A DNA stretch of 64,000 nt, taken from sequence record LR756500.1; one strand, written 5' to 3'. This document shows, in pieces, positions 58,625 to 64,000 of the stretch. Position 1 is the stretch's first letter; every line of letters starts with the position of its first letter. Made by a program: the position numbers and the translations under genes. The notes under the pieces are model-generated. The model saw nothing but the letters and a program-made list of their open reading frames with translations, was not told the origin of the DNA and searched no databases.

Positions 58625-59371
58625 TTATTCAATATCATTTAAGTTATATCCTGAAAATAAACTAATATATTGAAGAACTGTTGTTCCATTTGCATCGCCA
58701 GATCCAGCTTCAGTTCCTTTTGAATCAAAAAAACAAATAGCGTCATCAGGCTTAAGATGAAATGCCATTAATATTCCGGATTCCGAAATATATTTTCCAT
58801 TAATAGTTGTATTATTATATTCATCAATATATTTTTTATAAGCCTTTCTATTTTCTCTTAATAATTGTTTGAATGCACCTATTTGTAATTCTTTATTTTT
58901 TAAAAAATCTTCTTTTGATACTGTTATACCAATTAATTTTAATGTAGATGGAGAAAATTGAAAATAACCCATCATTGTACCATTAGTAATAGTCCATTTA
59001 TTACCAGATTCCATTTTACCTACATCTAATATAAATTGATCAAAAGTTTTTAATTTTACTTTTTTGATATCAATATAAACAGTATCTTTAATTTGAACTT
59101 TTTGAACACTAATAATAGGTTCAACTAATTTTGTGCTTAAAACATAAAGTAATATTACAACAGTTAAAATATAAAATACTTTAAGTAAAAATTTTTTATA
59201 ACCATATTTAACAAATCTTTTAAATTTACCACTAACAATATCTTTTAATAAAGGATATGCAGCCTGAAGTATAAAATTGAATTGTTCTATTTTATTATCT
59301 AAATATCTGTTTGTTGGATAATTGCTATCCTCGGTTTTCTTAAGAGTAGGAATTTTAGTAAATATATTCAT
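58625..59371 (-). CDS. Membrane-anchored lysozyme-like (lytic transglycosylase-type) protein
   Basis: TM helix, then MESGNKW, GYFQF, ISESGILMAFHL, DANGTTVLQYISLFSGY. Confidence 0.6.
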   Translation of the reverse strand: MNIFTKIPTLKKTEDSNYPTNRYLDNKIEQFNFILQAAYPLLKDIVSGKFKRFVKYGYKKFLLKVFYILTVVILLYVLSTKLVEPIISVQKVQIKDTVYIDIKKVKLKTFDQFILDVGKMESGNKWTITNGTMMGYFQFSPSTLKLIGITVSKEDFLKNKELQIGAFKQLLRENRKAYKKYIDEYNNTTINGKYISESGILMAFHLKPDDAICFFDSKGTEAGSGDANGTTVLQYISLFSGYNLNDIE

Positions 59372-59423
59372 TTAAAATATAATTTAAGTAAATATAATAA
59401 TAAAGTTTTTATAAAAATAATAT

Positions 59424-59609
59424 TTAAAAATGAAACATTCTAGCTAACTCTTCATGACCTATTGCTTCAAATCTAACTGCTGATACGCAATGACTATGGA
59501 CGCTTGCCATTCCGGCTATTCCAAGTTTCAAATAACCTTTACTATTCTCTTTAAGACATAGATGTTTGCCTAATTTTATTTGAAGATTTTTTACTAACTT
59601 TTTATTCAT
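59424..59609 (-). CDS. Small hypothetical protein
   Basis: 61 aa ORF overlapping the upstream gene end. Confidence 0.4.
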   Translation of the reverse strand: MNKKLVKNLQIKLGKHLCLKENSKGYLKLGIAGMASVHSHCVSAVRFEAIGHEELARMFHF

Positions 59610-60198
59610 AATTCATCTTTATAATAATTTTATTTAAATCAATTACATTAGTAGTAGCTGCCTGTTCACAAGCATTAGCAGCAAGAGTAGCACTAGAGTA
59701 AGAATTATTAACAGCAGCAAGAGTAGCAAAATGAGCAGCAGAACTATAATGTTTGATATTAAAAACAACATTACGAATAGCATAATGAGCACTTTCTATT
59801 ATTCGATCTTCGCCATTCAACCAATTATCTGCCCATTCATTCCAACGTTCATCTTTGTAAACTTCTTTAACACATAATATACCAAATGTAATTTTTTTTA
59901 TTAAAGATATTTCAGGTAACTTTAATTCTTTGATTATTGTCATTATAGTACAACCACCTTTTAAACCATGGTCATCAAGATGAGTTCCTTCTGCTTTAAC
60001 TTCAAATAGTTTAGGCATATTAAACCCAGCATGTATTGGATTTAGTAATACTGCAAGTTCAGGACTATGATAATAATGTAAATATCCTTGACTACAAAGT
60101 TGATTTGGCAAACCTGATACAGTTTTCTTTATGCCTAGTTCCCACTGAAAACCCTTATGAGTTTGAAGATTTTGGTTAGTTAATTTATACTTTTTCAT
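59602..60198 (-). CDS. Hypothetical phage protein
   Basis: LCSQGYLHYYHSPELAVLLNPIHA motif. Confidence 0.6.
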   Translation of the reverse strand: MKKYKLTNQNLQTHKGFQWELGIKKTVSGLPNQLCSQGYLHYYHSPELAVLLNPIHAGFNMPKLFEVKAEGTHLDDHGLKGGCTIMTIIKELKLPEISLIKKITFGILCVKEVYKDERWNEWADNWLNGEDRIIESAHYAIRNVVFNIKHYSSAAHFATLAAVNNSYSSATLAANACEQAATTNVIDLNKIIIKMNYE

Positions 60199-60202
60199 TA
60201 TT

Positions 60203-60676
60203 TTATAATTCGTTTTTATATTTAGGAACCTTTATAATATCATTATACCATTTTAAATTATCTAAATCTTCATTTTTAAAATTATTTAGCATAATTTCAT
60301 ATTCCAGTCCCGATTCATAATAATTTTGCATAAACCATAAAACACGATCTTCATATGATAATTCTTCTCTTATAAATATAGGATCTTCATGCCTTAATGT
60401 GGTAATTAATGGAATTTGATTCTTTAACTTTTTAAATTCTTCTGATAAATATTTACCAAATTCTCTAATCATATTAATCTTTGTAAGAATATGTAAAATA
60501 GAATTAATATTAAAATCTTTTGTTAAAATATTCCAAGCAGTTCCTTTTGTTATACATTTATTTACTTTACTTATTTCTTTCCAATCAGTAATATTATTTT
60601 GTGCGTTAATTAACATTTCTAATAATTCTTTATTAGTTATTTTTTCTGCAATTTTTTTAGCTAAAATTTTGTTCAT
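60203..60676 (-). CDS. Hypothetical protein
   Basis: 157 aa ORF. Confidence 0.55.
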   Translation of the reverse strand: MNKILAKKIAEKITNKELLEMLINAQNNITDWKEISKVNKCITKGTAWNILTKDFNINSILHILTKINMIREFGKYLSEEFKKLKNQIPLITTLRHEDPIFIREELSYEDRVLWFMQNYYESGLEYEIMLNNFKNEDLDNLKWYNDIIKVPKYKNEL

Positions 60677-60681
60677 AATAA

Positions 60682-61122
60682 TTATACTAAAGGTGATGAT
60701 ACTAATTTGGGAGAATAATCATTTATAAATTCAGATTTAGAAAAATATATTCCAAATAAATCGATAAGTTTATATTGATATTCAATTCCTTTCAATAAAT
60801 TTTCACTATACATAACCTTTGTAAAAGCAGTAGGCATGGGTAAATCTGTTTCAGATAAAGGTTTTCCTTTTAATAAACAATAGCATCTTGTTAATAATTC
60901 CAATAAAATAAAATCTTTATCTAAACTCCAATAATCGCAATATAAACATATCTTCTGTTTCCAAACAGAAGATAAAATTATTTTAAAATCTTCAAATTCA
61001 ATACAATGTTTATTTATCATACCTATATGTTGTTCAATATACATTTTAGGTATAGATATTATTTCATTATTTTTCTTTTTTATAAGTGCTTGTAAATTTT
61101 TTAAAAAATCATTTTCATTCAT
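60682..61122 (-). CDS. Hypothetical protein
   Basis: 146 aa ORF. Confidence 0.5.
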   Translation of the reverse strand: MNENDFLKNLQALIKKKNNEIISIPKMYIEQHIGMINKHCIEFEDFKIILSSVWKQKICLYCDYWSLDKDFILLELLTRCYCLLKGKPLSETDLPMPTAFTKVMYSENLLKGIEYQYKLIDLFGIYFSKSEFINDYSPKLVSSPLV

Positions 61123-61342
61123 AAATATAAGGAATGTAATTAAGTAATTTTGTAACTATTCTATTTTTGTATTCTATAGCTTTATTTTTAGATATCACTC
61201 TTTCCGCTTCTGTTAAATCCCAATCTGAATCTATTTTAGATATGATAGCATTCATTTTATTTTTTAGAGTTTTTAATCGTTTTTCTGATAATTTATTTAA
61301 TAAGTTATCAGATAATTCCGTATAGTTTAAATTTGTTTTCAT
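61115..61342 (-). CDS. Small hypothetical protein
   Basis: 75 aa ORF with overlaps on both sides. Confidence 0.5.
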   Translation of the reverse strand: MKTNLNYTELSDNLLNKLSEKRLKTLKNKMNAIISKIDSDWDLTEAERVISKNKAIEYKNRIVTKLLNYIPYIYE

Positions 61343-61722
61343 ATAAATTTGTACATATAGTTAATACCTTCCCAATAGTGTTCATATCCTTCTTTAACAT
61401 AAATATCAATAAGTGTTTGTTGTCCTATTTCAGAATATGGATCAGGATTTAAAATTATCGTATCTGCCCCCTTTTCTTTCATTATATTTTGAGCTTTATT
61501 TATCAAAAGTTTAAAAATTCCTTTTCTTCTAAATTCAGGATTAACATATAAATTACAAATTATCCATGTATATTTTGTAAGATCATTAAATCCTAAATCT
61601 AAATTAGATATTATAGTAGAATCAATAAGTCCAATTCTATTATTTAAATAGTTAGCTTTTAAAAAAATTCCTGTATTTGTGTTATATACATATTCTATTT
61701 TAACATCTAAAACATTAAACAT
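61339..61722 (-). CDS. GNAT-family N-acetyltransferase
   Basis: ICNLYVNPEFRRKGIFKLLI acetyl-CoA motif; LIDIYVKEGY. Confidence 0.85.
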   Translation of the reverse strand: MFNVLDVKIEYVYNTNTGIFLKANYLNNRIGLIDSTIISNLDLGFNDLTKYTWIICNLYVNPEFRRKGIFKLLINKAQNIMKEKGADTIILNPDPYSEIGQQTLIDIYVKEGYEHYWEGINYMYKFI

Positions 61723-61730
61723 ATTTAAAA

Positions 61731-61813
61731 GATTTATACGGTTATTTATTTTAATAGCTAAATTTTAATAATATGGTACAATATAAAAATTAACCGCTAA
61801 TACCAAGATTCAC
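61731..61813. repeat. 83-bp intergenic element, copy B
   Basis: 63/83 ungapped identity to 39023-39105. Confidence 0.8.
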
Positions 61814-61833
61814 AGTTTATAATAAATAAGGAC

Positions 61834-62043
61834 TTAAGTGTTTAAAAATACCATGAAATTATATATTTTTTTATCGTCATAAAAGGGATCATTTTCAGTA
61901 TTAGTTATTATGTCATATATCTCTGGTATCATATCATGTAATGCTAACATATAACTTTGACCTAAACGTAATTCAGTATGAGCATATTCTATAGTTTTTT
62001 CTGTTAATTCTATCCACTCTGGATCTGTTAATTTTCCTTTCAT
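61834..62043 (-). CDS. Small hypothetical protein
   Basis: LRLGQSYM...DPFYDD motif. Confidence 0.55.
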   Translation of the reverse strand: MKGKLTDPEWIELTEKTIEYAHTELRLGQSYMLALHDMIPEIYDIITNTENDPFYDDKKIYNFMVFLNT

Positions 62044-62047
62044 TTAA

Positions 62048-62872
62048 CTAAGATTTTAGCATAACTTCCTTTAATTCATCTATTAAATTTAAATGTCTAG
62101 TATCAAATGGTTGCCATGCTAATCCCATTTCTTTAAGATCAAAATGTTTAACAATTGTACTATAATCTTTTACACCTTCAGGATGTCCTATTACATAAAT
62201 GCTATCAGCTAATTCAACTGCTAATTTAAGGTCATGTGTTGAAAAAATAACAGTATTTAATTCATTACTATTTTTAATTAAATTAAAAGATTCTTTAACA
62301 TTCTCAATATTACCAACGTCTAATCCAGAAAAAGGTTCATCAAAAATCATAAAATATTTTGATGTTAATAATTGTTCAATAATTGCTGTACGCTGACGTT
62401 GACCTCCAGATAATTCACAAGGATATTTATCTTTATGATCTATAAGACCCCATTTAGATAATTGTTCATTAATAATTTTAATTTTTTCTTGTTTAGTAGA
62501 TTTATTTTTCTTTAATGCATATATCATTATTTGCATTACTGTTTTATGTCTAAATAATGTATATTTTTGATCTACAAATCCTACATCTCCTTCTTCTACT
62601 TCTTTAGCATCTTCGACATTTTCTGTACTATTATTGGAAATTAATACCTGACCACTAATAGGTTTAACTAACCGTGTTAAAACTTTAAATAAAGTCGATT
62701 TTCCTCTGCCTGATCTACCGACTACTGCAATAGTTTGGCCTGTAGCAATATATCCTTCTCTAACAACATCTTTTTCACATAATGTAATATCTTTAAGAAT
62801 AACTTTATCACCATAACCTGCACTAACTTTATCAATATATAATAGTGTTTGTTTTAATTCGTATTTGTTCAT
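62048..62872 (-). CDS. ABC transporter ATP-binding subunit (NitT/TauT-like)
   Basis: Walker A GRSGRGKST, signature LSGGQRQR, Walker B DEPFSGLD, H-loop STHD. Confidence 0.92.
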   Translation of the reverse strand: MNKYELKQTLLYIDKVSAGYGDKVILKDITLCEKDVVREGYIATGQTIAVVGRSGRGKSTLFKVLTRLVKPISGQVLISNNSTENVEDAKEVEEGDVGFVDQKYTLFRHKTVMQIMIYALKKNKSTKQEKIKIINEQLSKWGLIDHKDKYPCELSGGQRQRTAIIEQLLTSKYFMIFDEPFSGLDVGNIENVKESFNLIKNSNELNTVIFSTHDLKLAVELADSIYVIGHPEGVKDYSTIVKHFDLKEMGLAWQPFDTRHLNLIDELKEVMLKS

Positions 62873-62890
62873 AATTAAGGTGTTTAAAGA

Positions 62891-63661
62891 TTAAAATTTA
62901 GAATATCTGAATAACAATTTACGACTTTTAGTTAATAAAAAGTCTATACATAAACCTATAAGTATAATTATAATTTGTACTGCAACTACTCGGCCCTGAT
63001 TTCCAAGTTTATCAGAATTTTTTATAAGTACACCTAGACCACCACTTGCAATTAAAATACTTTCAACTGTAACTATAGATACCCATGCGATTGCTAAATT
63101 AGTTCGTATTGCTTCTATAATATAATCAAATCTTCCTTTAATAATAACTTCCCATAAAATCTCCCATCGTGTACAACCTAACGTTCTAGCATGATCAAAT
63201 TCTTCACCTGGAATATCTTTTAAAATTCCTAAAATTGAAGTTATAAGAAAAGTAGAAACAAAAACTATTAATACATTAATTTGTATAGCTCTTGCATCAC
63301 TAACTAATATAGCCATATAAAAAGCTATTCCAGTAAGAGGTAAATATCTAAATTTAGAAATAGTATTAGCTATAGGAGATAATAACGGCAAAGGAGATAA
63401 ATAACATATTGTTAACGAAATAATAATTGAAAAGAAAATAGATTGTCCAAATAAAGACAATGTACTAAATATATGAACCATTAATCCTTCTCTCCATAAA
63501 TCAGATACTCCAACTAATACTTGCGATGGAGTAGGAAAAAGATGTGTAGTACTTAATATTGAACTTAATATCCAAACAATAAATATAACAGCTATCCAAC
63601 CAAATTGTATAATACTTTTTTTGATATTTGTAATCTCTTCAAAGGGTCTTATAATTTTCAT
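62891..63661 (-). CDS. ABC transporter permease (NitT/TauT-like)
   Basis: FPTPSQV, RYLPLTG, EAA-loop HARTLGCTRWEILWEVII, GGLGVLI; six TM helices. Confidence 0.88.
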   Translation of the reverse strand: MKIIRPFEEITNIKKSIIQFGWIAVIFIVWILSSILSTTHLFPTPSQVLVGVSDLWREGLMVHIFSTLSLFGQSIFFSIIISLTICYLSPLPLLSPIANTISKFRYLPLTGIAFYMAILVSDARAIQINVLIVFVSTFLITSILGILKDIPGEEFDHARTLGCTRWEILWEVIIKGRFDYIIEAIRTNLAIAWVSIVTVESILIASGGLGVLIKNSDKLGNQGRVVAVQIIIILIGLCIDFLLTKSRKLLFRYSKF

Positions 63662-63671
63662 AATATAAATT

Positions 63672-63947
63672 CTATTTTTTAATTTCTTCTAAATCATTTT
63701 TATCAGCATAAAATTTAACGAATGGATCCATTTTAAATGATTTTACAAAATCAAATTGGTCTTTTTTAGGAATTTCATCTAAAATATTTCTTATTTGAGA
63801 AGTATCATTAATTATAAAACCACCAGTCATAAATTTTTTTCCATCTTTTTCAATTAGAATTAAATTATTTGTTTTATCTATTGCATTTGATATTAATATT
63901 GCTTCTTCGTAGCCGTTTGTTGATGGAGTTATATGTAAAATTTTCAT
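63672..63947 (-). CDS. Hypothetical protein
   Basis: 91 aa ORF upstream of the permease. Confidence 0.55.
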   Translation of the reverse strand: MKILHITPSTNGYEEAILISNAIDKTNNLILIEKDGKKFMTGGFIINDTSQIRNILDEIPKKDQFDFVKSFKMDPFVKFYADKNDLEEIKK

Positions 63948-63971
63948 ACGAATATATTTAAAGTTAATTTG

Positions 63972-64000
63972 TAAAAGTGTCCTAAATTAGGACACTTTTA
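63972..64000. terminator. 14-bp perfect hairpin at the window end
   Basis: taaaagtgtcctaa/ttaggacactttta. Confidence 0.6.

Noticed and set aside
1855-62396. Short antisense or overlapping ORFs in the track (e.g. 1855-2097, 2176-2433, 3369-3575, 6290-6577, 22541-22924, 40305-40574, 41325-41717, 52583-52903, 54384-54599, 62199-62396)
   Set aside because: They lie within or opposite longer, motif-supported genes and show shadow-frame composition
1-64000. CRISPR array or Cas12f assignment for the TnpB-like genes
   Set aside because: No regularly spaced repeat-spacer array was seen near any of the four genes or elsewhere, and no cas1/cas2
1-64000. Stop-codon reassignment
   Set aside because: Long conserved genes are intact under code 11; TAA, TGA and TAG all end genes at sensible places; the single in-frame TAA at 8481 is isolated
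1-64000. tRNA, tmRNA or rRNA genes
   Set aside because: No T-loop GTTCRA cloverleaf or rRNA-like segment recognised by eye; a tRNAscan-SE/ARAGORN run would be needed to be sure

Overview
Very AT-rich, densely coding window from a jumbo/huge T4-like myovirus (standard genetic code, mostly minus strand). It has two short N gaps (5007-5030, 8355-8375) and a few probable consensus errors. The host is probably Bacteroidota (inferred from SD-less A-rich leaders, a TAnnTTTG-like promoter motif and a Flavobacteria-type lysozyme-like gene). 1-38 kb is a late/virion region: gp13-like neck, gp5-like spike, hub, LysM/gp53-like wedge, fibre paralogues, BspA/DUF285, plus an amidoligase and ribosomal protein S1. 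38-64 kb holds replication and accessory genes: AAA ATPase, NAD-dependent DNA ligase, RNA ligase, CDF transporter, TMEM65-like protein, DnaJ, acetyltransferases and an ABC transporter. Main highlights: (1) four transposase-less tnpB genes, one flanked by an exact 13-bp duplication that places its probable guide across its own insertion site, consistent with RNA-guided homing; (2) about 13 unrelated proteins sharing an N-terminal MKYIxEYxxFxxE tag resembling the T4 capsid-targeting sequence, in one case as an identical 41-bp DNA cassette; (3) ligA split into two ORFs by a homing-endonuclease gene with no room for an intron, with a hairpin over the endonuclease start codon; (4) an ungapped 83-bp intergenic element present twice, 22.7 kb apart. 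No CRISPR array, tRNA or rRNA was recognised. All family assignments come from motifs read by eye, not from database searches.
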